The position numbers were made by a program, and so were the translations under genes. A stretch of 64,000 nt of DNA from Camelus ferus (taxonomy: Eukaryota): NCBI RefSeq assembly GCF_009834535.1, contig NC_045707.1, positions 64,172,001-64,236,000 on the forward strand. The letters are read 5' to 3'. Below the pieces are notes generated by a model, which saw nothing but the letters and a program-made list of their open reading frames with translations, had not been told where the DNA came from and did not search any database. This document shows positions 1-13,958 of the stretch, in pieces; position 1 is the first letter of the stretch; every line of letters starts with the position of its first letter.

Positions 1-2409
1 TTGTCAATTACTCTCTCTCCCTTTCGTCTTAGTCCAAGTTGTAGAATAGTATCTTAGAGTTGAAATCGTATTTAGAGATCGGCTGGTTGATTTCATCCAA
101 TTCAAAACCTGGGGGCTCATTAGGTCTGGCTGGGCCACATGCCTCACCAAGGTACAGCCAGTTTCAGAATGCTGTGAGTGCGTGCCTTTAGAGACGTTTC
201 TAATTGATTCTTAGCATAGAGCAAGCCTTCTCTTCTCAGTCACGCACATGCTGTTGGCAGAAGTGATTTCATTGTTTCTTCTACAACCACGGTTGAAAAA
301 TGTAGATGATCCACTCGGTTCATTGACTTCTTCATGTAACAAATATTTATTGGTGTTTAGGCACTGTGGCAGGCGTCAGATATACAAAGTGATCAAAAAC
401 AGGGAAGTACCAGGTCCTTCTGGGGCATATAGCTCAGTGATTTTATTAGTAATTTTTATAATAACTTAATTACTATTCAGATCTTTTATATTAGATCATT
501 TATCAGTGTAAAGAGAAAAATAAAAGAAATGAAATTAAAAATTCCCTCTCTGGTGTCCTCTTTTGAATTCCTCTGTTAAAAAAAATTCCTTTCACATTGT
601 TTTCCTATGTCTGTCTTTTACCTCAGTTTTAATCATGGTGTATGTACATTTTGCATTCAACTTTTCACTTGTGAATCATCTTAGCAGATTCTGCTCCATG
701 AATGTTATATCACAAGCATTTTCCCCCTCCCTGTCTTCAAAATGATATTTCAAACAATGCGTAGATCTTGCCATATAATTTGTTTAATTATTCTTTTATT
801 TCGAGCATGCAGTTGCATATAATTCAGTAGTACATAACGTTGTGTAGTAGCTTTTTTTTTCTTCTCTTAAACTGTGCCTTTCAGAAACTAAACAGCTGAA
901 ATTCTATAAATTGAAGGGCTGAGATGCTTTTCTTCTATGTTGAGCAAGATGAGAAATAGACTGGCATATTCTTGGGTCACTCAGTTTATCCCAGAATCCC
1001 AGCTAGCTAGGAGAACCTGTGTGAAGCACAAAACCAAACTCAACCTTCAGTTACCCGATGCAGGTTACAAAAATGTTTTCCTCTTCTTTTTATTAAAGAT
1101 AAAAAAGAAAGGAGAGGGAAATATTTTTATGTGGACTCATTCATAGGATTATACATGCACGCAAAAAGGAACATTGAAACCACTGACAGCGTTTTAAAAT
1201 ATATTTTTCAAAGTTTAAATGAAACCGAAGTTAGCACGTTTTGATGTTAGCCTACTGAATTTTTAAAACATGGGATCATCACCAAAATGACCATACTCTC
1301 TTGTAATATAGAAAGAGTTCTTTTAGCTCCATCTTGTGAGATAGATTCATCGCTGGCCGATATTCCTTTCCTTGCCATCCAAAGACTGTTTTCTTCTTGT
1401 AAAAATAGGTATGGATTTACTGGAAGAAAATGTCTGTGCCGTTTTAACTCTCTTGCTCATGGTTGGTGAGCTGCTGTTCCTGCTGGGAGTCCTCACGTGG
1501 CTCTCGTGGGAATGTCTCTAACGAAGGACAAGTAGGATCTAATGAAGAGCAGGATGCAGGGAAGCAGTTGAGTTGGGTCTTGCATGCTTCTTCTGGATCT
1601 CAGTTATTCTGGGCAGCCTAGGAGACTCTGAATTACCAGCAGCTGCTCCCTTGCTCACTTTCTTGTCTGCCATAGCTGCTAGCAGCTGCTCTCTCTTTAC
1701 TACCCCCCTGTCCAGATGCAAACAGCCGTTCTCTCTTCCCTTACAATTGTCAGCAGTGGCTCATTTTGCCCCAGACACATGGACACCTGCAACAGGATGA
1801 ATTTTATTTTTCAGTTGCGGTGAAATCCTGGACAGCTTCAGGAAGGTTGAGTGGACGGAGGGAAGGAGGGAATGAGAACTGGTTAGAAGTAGAAGGAGCC
1901 TGTGTTGGCAAGCTGGAAGTGGATGGGAGATTTCTAGTGGTTTTCAGGGGCTGCGTAAGTCAGTGACAATAGGTAACTCATACTCTTTTTTTTTTCCAAA
2001 GCAGGGCGTCATCCCTAACAATCAAACCCCAGGAAACTGAGCACCTAGGAAGAAATTATGATTTAAGGGCTTAGTCTTCATTCATTTAAAAAGGTATTTA
2101 TGGGTCTTTACCAATATGCCAAGCCCAGTTCTAGACGCACATTAGGTGCTAAATAAATGAGTATGCATTTTATAAATGAGTATGTATACACATATATACA
2201 TACACACCCATACTTCTCAATCTAGTCTCTGTTAATGATATCAAAAGCTAACCATCCTAAAGGAATTTTCTAGTTGAAGTCAGCCTTCCCCTGCCTCCCG
2301 AAAATCAGGATTGGGGACTTTTGGATTATCTCCTTGACCAAGAAATATTCCTGGTTCTCATGTCTCTTTTTTTGCAGGAACTAGAGAGGGAAGGTGGAAA
2401 TGCCGAGGA

Positions 2410-2650
2410 AAGAATAACATTTATTGAATGTTTACTATATTCCCGGCACTGTGCATTGTCCTTTTTTTTATAGGTTATTTCTCTTCATCTTCCTCAGAAA
2501 TGTAGGAAATCGGCATTACTATCCTCATCCAGCTGATGAGGAAACTGAAGTTGGAAGCAGGAGGCTGTTCACCTAAAGCATCCGAGCCCGGGGCTGACAG
2601 TGCTGGGACGAGACCCAGACTCTCCCGCGAGTTCATTTCCTTACAACCTG
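2410..2650 (-). mobile_element. MIR SINE
   Basis: Core tcctcatccagctgatgaggaaactgaag and tail acatttattgaatgtttacta. Confidence 0.65.
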
Positions 2651-3899
2651 CTTCCATGGATGCTTTTTCTTCCTGCTCTTCAGAGAATATTCATGTCAGT
2701 ATTAGGGATTACTCATCGTGATAATTGGGCTTAATACTGTGATGGTAGAAGAAGATGTATAATTGGTCCAAAGGCTTTATCTTCAGTTGGAAATTGGTCC
2801 AAACTTCACTTCACCATTTTAAGCTGTGGGACACTGTCCTAAAGAGTGCAATAAAAGATGAGGTACTGAGGGCTCATGGATAAAGCTGTTGTTCCAAAAA
2901 TAATCCCTGAACCCCCAGGATGGTCTCCGTTAATAGTGGGTTTTGAAAGAGTATTTGACCAAAGTACGGGAGGACTTGGTATCTTCATTTCACACCTTGC
3001 CTCCATCCATCAGCATCCAAACAATGTTAGTGATTACCCTCCGGGATGCTAAGTGGGAAAGAACTGGCTGAGGCTCTAAAGAAACTTCCTATGGCTCAGG
3101 GAGCCATTAGGAAAGACTCCTTATTCTCGTAAAAATTTTCTGAACCTTCAGGGCCGGGTTTCTGTGGCTGGCAAGAGTCAGCCTCAGTTAGGGTCCTGCC
3201 AAATTGAACCTCAGCAGCTCATTTGGCTTGGAAGAAAAAGAAATGAAAAACAACTGACGTTTGTATACTTGAAATTATGAGCTGTTTCTCTAACAAAGAG
3301 ACCAAACACTTTCGGCTTGTTTTACAGTAAACATACACATCGAACAATCTGGTGGGTTAGCAGCTGGCTGTGCATATGTAGGGCATATGTGAACACATAT
3401 GGATGCATGAAACTCACACACGTTCACTTAAAAGGACACTGTCAAGTCATTTTATGCCTTTTTTTGTTCTCTTGGATCCATTGTTTATAAAATCTTTTTA
3501 GAAGCTTAAAAATACAATTTTTCCCCTACTGATTTTTGTTCTTTTTTTTTTAAACAAATATTTTGAGTGACACTCAAATAAATGGGACCGGTTCTATTTA
3601 ATAACAAATCCTACTTCAACATATATGGCAATACATCGTCCAATCAGAAATGAAGCTAAGAACTAAGAGAGAGATACTCCCTTATGGAAAAAAAAATTTC
3701 TGCCCTCACAGTAGACATTCTAGAATTAAATAGTACTCACAAGATTATTTTCTGGAATCCTAGTGCTTTTAGTTAGTTTTAGACATCATCTATAGATATT
3801 GGTGACTATGATAAATCCTATTTTTCTATTTTCTAAAATATTTTAGCAATATTTCTCTAGCTTCTTCACTAACAAAGATCCTTTTATAAAATATCCTTG

Positions 3900-4660
3900 C
3901 TTTGGGCAGAAGCTGTGAAGGATCAAATCAAAATGGCCAAAACAGTGGGAAAGATGCTCAAAATCACAATCTGTCAGGAAAACAAACAGTAAAATAATGA
4001 TGGGTCATCCATTTTTATCCATCAGGCTGGCAACAAGCAAAAATATACATTGCTAATGGAGATGTGAAGAAAGGACACTTTTAATATTGCTGATGGAAAT
4101 GGGAATTTTAAACACCTTTTTGGGGGGGGTGGGCAAGTAAATCTGGCAACAGTTCTTAAACTCATTTATTGTAACAAAACAGACAAAAAAAAAGGTGAAA
4201 CCAAATGAACACCCTTCAATAAGGGACAGTTGTTGAATAAATTAAGGTATGTCTATACAATGGAAAATTGTGTAACCTCTCAAAAAATTGAATTGGAGCA
4301 ATACTATTTGGTTAGAAGGTATACCATCAGATATTGCTAAGGGAGAAAAGCAAGATGTATAGAGGAGTATATTACATGAACCCATTTTATAAATCATTGA
4401 TCAAACAATGTTTATAGGTATACATTTAATCTCTCTATAATTTTCCTATACACGCATTTGTACAAGGTTATATGGTGATGGAAACGGATATGGAAGCATG
4501 CATGTTAGGTTAAGATGGGTTTTCTGGAAGCCAGTGGGAGAAATTGCACTGGTGGCATGTGAGAAAGATAAAGGAAGAGGCTAACATAAGAAAAAATTGA
4601 TGTGAAAGATATGGTTACATTTATGCAAAGTTATATGTATAATGCAGACAAAAGAATTTT
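3900..4660 (+). mobile_element. Old L1 (L1ME-like) ORF2 end / 3' UTR fragments
   Basis: Degenerate L1 motifs (aaagatgctcaa, ttgctgatggaaatggg, gttgaataaattaaggtat...caatggaa). Confidence 0.55.
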
Positions 4661-5482
4661 TGAAATCATAAAAGACCATTAAAATAAGCTATTCTCATCG
4701 TCTAGTTGTCAGGATCTCCACAGATTGAGATGAAGGAGGATGTGAAAGTTCGGGAAGAAGTCAAATCGTCACAAAAAAAAATTTGACCTTGAGGATTCGC
4801 CTGAAGACCTATATGACTGTACAGTTTGCAATGTAAGATCAAGAGTCACAGGTTGCATTCAGTCATTTCGGGGTACTGGTGCCACCAAGTGGTGTCTGAA
4901 GCAACTGTTGGTGGCATTTTATTACCCTACCAGGGAGAGAAACTCTTGGCTTACCTATGCCTTGCATAGTAGCAAGAGGTCGTGGAGGGCTCCAGTTCTC
5001 CGTGGGATAAAGCAAACACCTGTGACCCTGGCACTGCCATGAACAGGAAGTATGGAAACGGATAGGGAGCAAACAGCTTTGGCCCTGGAATCTGAGCTCC
5101 TACTGGATTCTCCTGTTGGCAGGTGCTCTGCTATGCCTGACCTTCACCTGTCAGTCCCTTGAGGTGTGAACAATATTTTCTAAGTACTTGGACTGGTTTT
5201 ACAACCTGTCTGACTTCTTTAACTGGCTGATTTCTTTACACAGGTTTTCTTTTTTTATTGCCACCATCCCAGCTTGACCTCTCGCGGTCCGTTTCTTTCC
5301 AAACCATAAGAACGTCTTCATGGGCTTTCCTATCCTCTGTCTCTCTCTGCTTCAATCCAGCCATAACCCACTTTTATACTAACCTTCCTGAAGTCCAGGT
5401 CAGTTAACAACACTACTCAAAAGCCTTCAGCTGTTTCTCCCTGCCCACGAGCACTCTCTGACCTCAGAGCACAAGCTTTTAA

Positions 5483-5620
5483 TAGGGTGACTGTATGTCT
5501 CAGTTTGCCTGGGATGGTCCCAGGTTACTTCTGTTGTCCCAGTGTAATAATTGTGCCTTTATCCACTCTCACAGTTGCTCTGGTTTAGATACTGTATTAT
5601 TTGAATCTTGGTTCTCCTGC
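5483..5620. mobile_element. MER94-like hAT DNA transposon
   Basis: Begins agggtgactgtatgtctcagtttgcctgggatggtcccagg, resembling the MER94 consensus; the right end is a degenerate inverted repeat. Confidence 0.6.
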
Positions 5621-6174
5621 CCCTAATACATGTAGTAACTAAACTAACAGCAGAATATAAAGTTCGTGGTGGACGGAGGGGTTGGGTGCAGGTAGAGAGT
5701 ATATCTTTTTCCTTGAACATTCAGAAACTAAATATAAATTACTTGGGATTTATTACCCTATTTAAAATTTGTTTTCTTCTGCTACTTAAATGATAAGTGA
5801 AGTTTTTTGTTCTAACTCTAGTAAGAAAATCTACCTTTACATATTTACTTGGCTCTATTTCTTTCTTTTTTTTTTTTTTTTTTTTTTACAGATGAGGATA
5901 GCCCTATCTGGGACCTGATGAATATCACATTCATAATTTCTTAGTGTGAAGTATCTTCAGCTAAGTAATAATGTAGAAATTTAAAGAACTTCGAGGAGGT
6001 AGAAACATTTATATACTATGAGCTCCTTCAGCACAAAAGGTCATATCTTTTTTTATCCGGCAGTTAATTTAGTGCTTGTGCGTAACTGCTGTCAAGTAGA
6101 AGTTAGCACGGTCTCTGCCAAGTTAATGAACCGAAGTTTGGATACTGCATTTGGGTTTAACTATTTTTCCTTCC

Positions 6175-6750
6175 CGTTTTATTGAAATATAATTGACACG
6201 CAGCACTATATAAATTTAGGGTGTACAGCGTAATGATCTGACTTACATACGTCACAATAAGCTTAGTGAACATCCATCGTCTCATATAGATATGTAAATA
6301 AAGAAATAAATTTTTTTCTTGTGATGAAAACTCAGAGTTTACTCTTAATTTTCACATATAACATACAGCAGTGTTAATATATTTATCATGTTGTACATTA
6401 CATCCCTACTACTTATGTTTCTTATAATGAGAAAATTGTATCTTTTGACCACCTTCATCCAATTCCCCCTCTCCTTACTTCCCACATCTCATGATCACAA
6501 ATCTGATCTCCTTTTCTATGAGTTTTTTTTTTTGTTCATTTTTGAAGTATAATTGATTTACAGCATTTTGTTAGTTCCTGTTACACAACATAGTGATTTC
6601 TTATTTCTGTACATTTCAAACTGATCACCACAGTAAGTCTAATTATGGTATGTCACCATTCCAGGATATCTTTGACTGTTCCCCACACTGTACATTTTGT
6701 ACTAATGACTCATTTATTTTGAAACTCAGAGTTTGTACTTCTCAATCTCC
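6175..6750 (-). mobile_element. L1 3' UTR with two tandem 3'-end units
   Basis: Two L1 3'-terminus motifs: tttattgaaatataattgac at ~6178 and tttgaagtataattgatttac at ~6541. Confidence 0.75.
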
Positions 6751-8160
6751 CTGTTTGGGTTGATTCTGTTGTGGACTCTCTGTGCTTCCTGGACCTGGAT
6801 GTCTTTTTCCTTTCCCAGGCTAGGGAAGTTTTCAGCTATTATGTCTTCAAATATGTTTTCTGCCCCTTCCTCTCTCCTCCTTCCAGGACCTCTATAATGT
6901 GAATGTTAGTATGCTTGATGTTGTCCCAGAGGTTTCTTAAACTGTCCTTAAACTTCCCTTTTTTTCTTTTGTCTTTTTTCTGTTCAGCTTCCATGATTTC
7001 CACTACTCTTGCAGCTCACTGATCTGTTCCTCTGTATTATCTAATCTACTGTTGATTCCTTCTACTGTATTTTTCATTCCAGTTATTGTATTCATTTCTG
7101 TCTGTTTTTCTTTATATTTTCTAACTCTTTGTTAAACAATTCTAATTTCTCACTCTGTTCATACAGCCGTCTCCCGATTTCTTTGAGTATCTTTACAATC
7201 ACTACCTGGAACTCTTTATTGGGTAGATTACCCGTCTCCCCTTTACTGAGTTCTTCTGGGGTTTTATCTTGTTCCTTCTTTTTGGACAAGTTCCTCTGTT
7301 ATCTCATTTTTATTTCTATGTATTTGGTAGGTTGGTTACATTTCCCAGCCTTGGAGAAGTGGCCTTTTGTGGGAGATGTCCTGTGTCCTAGGAGGACACT
7401 CTCTTCTGGTCACCAGAGCTATGCGCTCTAGGAGTGTGCTCTGTGTGGGCTGACTGGGTCCTTCTGTTGCGGCAGGCTGACGACTGTGGATGGTCTGATA
7501 GGTGTGGCTGGCCCCGGTCTGGTTGGTCATCAGACCCTGTTTCATGTGGAGGCTGCTGGCTGCTGGTTGGTGGGGCTGGGTCATGAGGTTGCCGGTTGTG
7601 AAGCCCTGGCAGGGGGCACCCCTGGGCTGGTGCTAGCCCTGGGTCTGGGGTGGGTGGTTGCTGAGCTGAGGTTCCCAGATCTAGTGTTGGTCTGCTGGTG
7701 GGTGGGGCCACTTCTTGACACAGCTGGCTGTAGCATCTGGGGTGATCCAAAGCTGGTACTGGCCCACTGATGAGTGGGGCTGGATCTGGGGGCTGCTGGC
7801 TGAGGGGTCCAAGGCATCTTAGAGCCAATGTTGGCCTGCTGGTGGGTGGGGCTGGAGCCGAGGGTTCCCAGGACTAGTGGCAGTTCACTGCTCGGCAGAA
7901 ACGGGTCCCGGAGTCGCTGGCTACAGGGTCCTGAGAGTCCCAAAGCTGGTGTAAGCCTGCTGGTGGGTGAGCTGGGTCCTGACATGGCGGCTTGCAGGGC
8001 TGTGGTGGTCCTGGAGCTGGTGTCTGCCCACTAGTGGGCGGAACTGGGTCCTGTAATCTCTGGCTGCAGGATCTGAGGAGCCTGATGTCCAGCTGATGTC
8101 CACTGGCTGGTGTGCAGGGCTGGGACCCAGGGGATCCCCGGGCTGGTGCCTGCTCACTGG
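6751..8160 (-). mobile_element. L1 5' UTR (GC-rich tandem units) plus N-terminal ORF1 remnant
   Basis: ORF 7289-7092 (MSKKKEQDKTPEELSKGETGNLPNKEFQVVIVKILKE) is L1 ORF1p-like. 7400-8160 has repeated gcctgctggtgggtggggctgg units typical of artiodactyl L1 5' UTRs. Confidence 0.8.
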
Positions 8161-8939
8161 TATTTGTTACAGTTTCCAGAGTGTCTCGTGTTCCTGCAGA
8201 GAACAGAAGTGTGGCTCATCCTCATCTTACGCCTCCACCGGCTTTCCTCTGCCTAGAGACAAAGTCCAAACTCCTTGGCAGAGCATGCAAGCCTCCCATG
8301 GGTCTCCTTTTGCCTGTGGAATAACCATCCTCAGTTCTCCTGGGGGCTGTACTGATGTTACTTTGGGGAACTCCGCAGATTCCAATGCTTGCAGGCTCGT
8401 GGGGCTGTGATTCAAGAAGCCCTCTGCTCCCCTGCCTAAATTAGGCCAATTCTCTCCTGAAAATTTTTAATTTTGAGTAAAGAGCAGAAAAGATCAAAAG
8501 TAGTTGGAAGAGCCAATATAAGAAAGAGCTCAATTGCCATGTTTCGGCAATAGGGGGTAAAAATACGATCCTCGTATTTCCTTGATTCCATGGGTTGTGA
8601 GAGGTACCACTTTCATAATCTTTTTCGAGATGGTTGAGTGGCAAAGAGCCGCCCTATTAAATATGTACATTGTTTGTAAGATATTTCCTACTTTTAGAAA
8701 CAGTTTTTAAAACATGCACCTCAGAATGAGGAAATGAAAGTAATTGCATGCATCAAATAAGTGATTCAGTACTGGTGCCAAAGGGGAATTTGTCCACTGG
8801 TTCTTTCTCTCATTGACTGAGTCTTCCTCTGTGCTAGGCACATGCTGAGACCTGGAATGACAAAACTGAACAAAGCAAAATTCTTGCCCTCAACAGAATC
8901 TCTGCCTAGAGGTAGAGACAAATATGCCAGCATGTTTGA

Positions 8940-9265
8940 AAGGACCATTGTATAAATACTGGAGTAGGTGTGGAGAAAAGGGAACCCTCCTGAACTGTTT
9001 GTGAAAATGTAGTTTGGTGCAGCCACTGTGGAAAACAGTTCAGAGGTTCCGTAAAAAACTGAAAATAGACTTACCGTGTGATCCAGCAATCCCACTCCTG
9101 GGCATGTATCTGGAGGCAACTCTAATTCAAAAAGATACCTGCACCCCAGTGTTCACAGCAGCACTATTTACAGTAGCCAAAACATGGAAACAACCTAAAT
9201 GTCCATTGACAGATGACTGAATAAAGACACATATGCATAATGGAATACTACACAGCCATAACAAA
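8940..9265 (+). mobile_element. L1 ORF2 C-terminal fragment
   Basis: Translation VQPLWKTV...DPAIPLLG.Y...CTP.F.AALFT.AKTWKQPKCP is the canonical ORF2 C-terminus. Confidence 0.9.
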
Positions 9266-11593
9266 GAAGCATCACTTCCATCTGTCTGTCTGACTCACTC
9301 TTACTGAATTGGGTTGTTCCTATTCATTTCAGAGACCCTCACAAGTTCCCCCCGCCACCAGACCAGGGCTATGACCATAGATGGATAGTTGTTTGTTTCT
9401 ATAGTAAATTAATAGAGTCTTGAAAAGAGCCGAGGCAGGCTCAGATATCAGTGGAGATCAGTTTGGAAAAAGTGTTAAGCTGGGGCAGGTCCTGGGCATT
9501 TACTGGTGCATAAAAGGGGGCCATGCTTTGATTACCTTCTCTTCCTGACTCAAGGTGTGATCTCAGAATGTTTCAGCAACATCACGTATCTTTCTCTCTT
9601 TTCATCACAGCTTACCTGCCCTTGCCTATGAGCTACTTTTGGAGAATATACTCAGGAAGGCCAGTCATTTTCCTCCTTTCCAAGTTCTAGGTCTGAATAA
9701 TGGGGTCAATGTGTTTTTCATCACCTGCCTCTCCCCTTCCTCTCAGTCATGGCCTGTAATCAACTGACAGATGCATACTGTAGGTATATCTCTTAGAATT
9801 GCTCTGATTTTTTTTTTTCTTCCCAGAAGAATAGCCTGTAAATTGCTGGCCCTTCTCACTGCCTCCTTCTGCTCTCTCTAGCCCTTCCTCTCTGCTAGTT
9901 TTGACTAGTTATTGGAGTAAAACCAATCCAATCTACTCACTCACTTCTCCATTACTTTCCAAATGGAGACCCTTGCACATAAGTGGGCAGCCACAACCTG
10001 GTTTCTGTTGGGACTTGATGGAAAGATTCTATACCATATTTTTTCAGTATAAAGATGTCAGGGATATTGAGTTACCCTATCAATTTAATGCAACATTTTC
10101 AAGGAGAAGTAATAAACAAAAAAGCAGGCCTTTTTTTGGTTTTGTTTTCAAATAAGTGCATTAAAATGCATTCTGAGGCCTCAGGAGCTAGAATGTGGTT
10201 AGTAATTTTCCAAAATCCAATTCTTCCAAGTCAGCTGGGGCCCTCTTTGAATTGTTGTGAGTGAATGTGTAACCAGAGATCTGCAGAGATGACTTTTTTT
10301 TTTTTCCCCTCAGAGAGTTTGATTGTTATTTGCAGGAGAGAAAAATGAAGCAGATCTTCCTGAAAAGCACTGAATTGGTTTATGTCTATTACATAAGCGT
10401 GAGAAGGTGTGAATCATTTTCCTGACGGACGGGCATCGCTAGCTCTTTTATATTTTGACCTGTTTAAACCAAAATCCAGGAGAGCATCTTTCAGTCCAGG
10501 GGAGGAGGCGGCGTGCGGAAAGGAAGGCCCAGAGCTCTGGGCAGTGGCCTCACAGGTCATCAGACAGCAAACATCTGTGATGTAGCCGAGCTGGGGACCT
10601 CTGCTCCAGCTGCTGTCACAGAGCAGGTGAGGGCGAAGTGCCCTTCACCAGTGGGACTCTTGCAGTCCCAGAGCCTCCCATCCAAACAAGCCCAACTCCA
10701 CGGCATTTTAATATCAAGGAAAGCAATAACTATCTTGACCCCGGAACATTTGTTTTCGTATTTCGCTTTTTATCAGTCATCTGGCGAAATATCTGAAGTC
10801 TTGAGCACTGACTGGAGTCACACATACCATAAAGACCCTCCTCGCTGCGTCTCCCCGTGCCTGAAAAGCAGTAAGCCAAGTGACAGCTTCTTTAAAGACT
10901 TAGTCTGTTTCTGTTACTGAGTATCAGCTGGAGTTCATACCCTCAGCGTTATGAGTCTGTTGTTGTAAGTTTTGTAAGGATTGGGTTTTAAGAACTATTT
11001 CAGTGTCTTCTTGCCTTAAAGACAATGTTCATAGAAGGTACATGTAAGTGCAGCTTCCCAGTGCATGGGTCCCTTTTATGGGCTGCACCTCGTGTGACTG
11101 AGCAAGGATGGTGCACCCTCCACTTGGAATCTCTGCTGAGGGGTGAGAGAACTCCTCCAGAACTAACCAAAGGAACAAATCCATGATGGGACCAGAACTG
11201 CGGAAAAAAATATCAGTGGACTGAATTGTTTTTCTCTCCCTTCAGATTTTAGGAGAGAACGGGCAAATGGCAGTAGCATAACTTTTCAACAGAGATTTAC
11301 TTAAACTTTTTAAAACTAGCAAATAACTTTGAATGCATGTCTTACATGTCTCCCCTCACCTGTAAGGAGGGTTAAAAAAAGGAGAACAGTGCCTGGCACA
11401 TTATAGTCGTCTATAATGATTTCTTAAATGAATGAATCTTGCTCTTTGTACATTTAACTGACTGGCTGTACCTTTTCAATCTTTTAACTTCACTAGTTTT
11501 TCTATATATACTTACCTTCAATGTCCAGAAGGTTGATGTTAATGGTTGATACTTACAAACTTACACAGAATTACTGTTACTGAGTAACTGAGT

Positions 11594-11614
11594 TGTGTGT
11601 GTGTGTGTGTGTGT
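11594..11614. repeat. (TG)n microsatellite
   Basis: Direct reading. Confidence 0.9.
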
Positions 11615-11934
11615 CTGTATATGTATCACAATAACACACAATACCCTAATAGCCTAAGAATAATGTATTACTACTATTCTAATTTTAAAGACACAGGTCT
11701 GAGGCATAGAAAGGATTAAAAAAGCTTGCAAGGTCGCAGAGTTAATAGGTGTCTGGATTCAAATCTACACCGAGTCACTGCTAAATCCTCAGTGACCAAA
11801 AAACCCTCTGAATCTGTTCCTCCAGGCTTGCTTGCCTGAAGCACAAAGTGAATCCAGGAGACTGTGGTATAACCTCAGTTTACCAAAAAGCCAGTGACTC
11901 AGGCTTATTCCCGCTTCACAGGGAGGCTTGTTTT

Positions 11935-12115
11935 TTAATTAAAAAAATTTTTTAATTGAAGTATAGTCAATTTACAATGTTGTGTCAATTTCTGACATAC
12001 ACTATAATAGTTCAGTCATGCACGTACATACATATATTTGTTTTCATATTCTCTTTCATTATAGGTTATTACAAGATATTGAATATAGTTCCTTGTGCTC
12101 GACAGAAGAAACTTG
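11935..12115 (-). mobile_element. L1 3' end fragment
   Basis: ttgaagtatagtcaatttacaatgttg...aagatattgaatatagttccttgtgct. Confidence 0.8.
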
Positions 12116-13450
12116 TTTTAAATTGAGACTAGCATAATCTGGTCTCTTAAGAGAGATGGACACTAATAGGACCTGATGCCCTCCTGAGTCCTCCTCTAGA
12201 CAGCATGTTGTGGAATTCTCATAACGAGCCTGTGGGTAAGAATTCCTACCTGTGTTTGACAGATGAGGACATTGAGTCTTGGAAAGTGGACGTCACTTTC
12301 CTGAGGTCTCATTGTCGTTAGATGGCTGAGCTGGAACTCAAATCTGGACCCATCCGACTCTAGAGTTTATTTCATCCCTGGTGTTACTCCCTGTATTTTA
12401 GGCATGTCCAGTGAATCTGTCTTTCCAATATTGTTTGTGACAATATGGTAACTGATGTCTATTTTAATGAACTGAATGTTCCACAGAGAATTTCTTGAGC
12501 TTTGTTCCTACCACAAAATATTAGTGAAGCAAGTGGTAGGAATTCTTGCCAAACTCAAATTGGGATTACTCCTTTTATATATTTTTCTTGCACATGGTTG
12601 ATTAACCATTACAACCATTACATTAATGTTGAGTAACCAAAGTATCCTGGTTACAAATGTGGGGAAAAAAATTCTCGAGAAAAGAATCTGGTAGGCAGTC
12701 AGCTAGCTCAGAGTATCATTATACTGCAGATTCCATCATGGGCTATTTTGAATGAAAACGGATACTTCCAAAATTCCCAGTTAACCTTGGCTTTCTTACC
12801 AGAGTACCACTGACCTTTTGGTTTAACGTTAGCTATTATTAACACAGGAGGAGTGCTCAGTGATACTGCTGTGTTTGTAAGCATCGTGGAGATATAGGTC
12901 CTGGTTGCCAGCTTTGAATTGAGCAAGATCCCAATAAATGCTATGGAACGAATGGCAGGAATCCACTGAGTCTAAACTATGAAACTGGCACAGTTTGGGT
13001 GCTTCCTTCTTCTTGTCGACCTTCTTTCTGCTCCTTGACTGCTTGATCACCCCTGGCCTCTACCTGCTATTCCTGTTTGCCTCAAGCCCTGAGTGAAATA
13101 ATCTAATCAACACGAGCATAGGTGACTTACTGAGTTATTTTTTTGAGAGGTGTTTGCAATTTCCAAAGCGGGTTAGAGATAAGACTGAGTGAACCGTGGT
13201 AGAAATTTTCTCTCCACAGGGGGCCGGGGGCCTTCAAGACTGGTCAAACCAGTTCACACTAGATAAGCTTTGCTAGATGGGAGAATGCTTCGTTTCCTGT
13301 GCACACCTCCACGTGGCATTCATTGCCTGGATCGTTTGGGGGCTCCTGCCTTCATCTTTCAGTGGGTCTCATGGTGATTCCGTGGCCAGCGCAGATCAGA
13401 AATCAGAGCACCCGCCAGCATTTCAAAGCTGTGTGTGAGCTGTTTCATTT

Positions 13451-13454
<4 letters not shown>

Positions 13455-13482
<28 letters not shown>
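13455..13482. repeat. (TC)n microsatellite
   Basis: Direct reading. Confidence 0.9.
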
Positions 13483-13485
<3 letters not shown>

Positions 13486-13645
13486 TCACTTAGTGCCATG
13501 TCCCTAAGCCATTGGACTCACCCCTCAAGCATCGCCAAGGGTTATCGGTGCTGAGAACAATGAATAATCACACAACGTAACCCGAATAGATGTTACAACA
13601 GAGCCAAGATGAAAAACCTCTGTAATTTCCTAACATTCATCTAGA

Positions 13646-13958
13646 GACAGGCAAATGAAGGCCCTTGGGCCAAATTCTGGTGAACACTTGCTCTTGTACA
13701 CCAAAGAGCTAAGAATGATTTTCACATTTTTAAACAGTTGGGGTAAAAAAGAAGAATATTTGTGATATGTGAAAATTATATGAAATTTAAGTGTCAGTGA
13801 CTGGAAAGTTTCATTGGAACACAGTCCCACTCTCCACATATATCTGTCTACGACTCCTTTTAAACAATAATGGCAGAGTTCAGTAGCTTTGATGAAGGCC
13901 CGCAAAGCCTGAAATACGTATTATCTGGCCTTTTACAGGGAAAGTTTGCTGGATCCTG
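13646..13958. mobile_element. MER58B-like hAT-Charlie DNA transposon
   Basis: gagctaagaatgattttcacattttt...gaaaattatatgaaattt...attggaacacag...tatctggccttttacagggaaagtttgct resembles MER58B. Confidence 0.75.

Noticed and set aside
7336..8157. Overlapping Pro/Gln/Ser-rich ORFs with SSPTHQ repeats
   Set aside because: They are translations of the GC-rich tandem units of an L1 5' UTR, not a host gene.
12829..13050. 73-aa Lys-rich minus-strand ORF as a possible processed pseudogene
   Set aside because: Non-ATG start, no protein family recognised, and no poly(A) or TSD.
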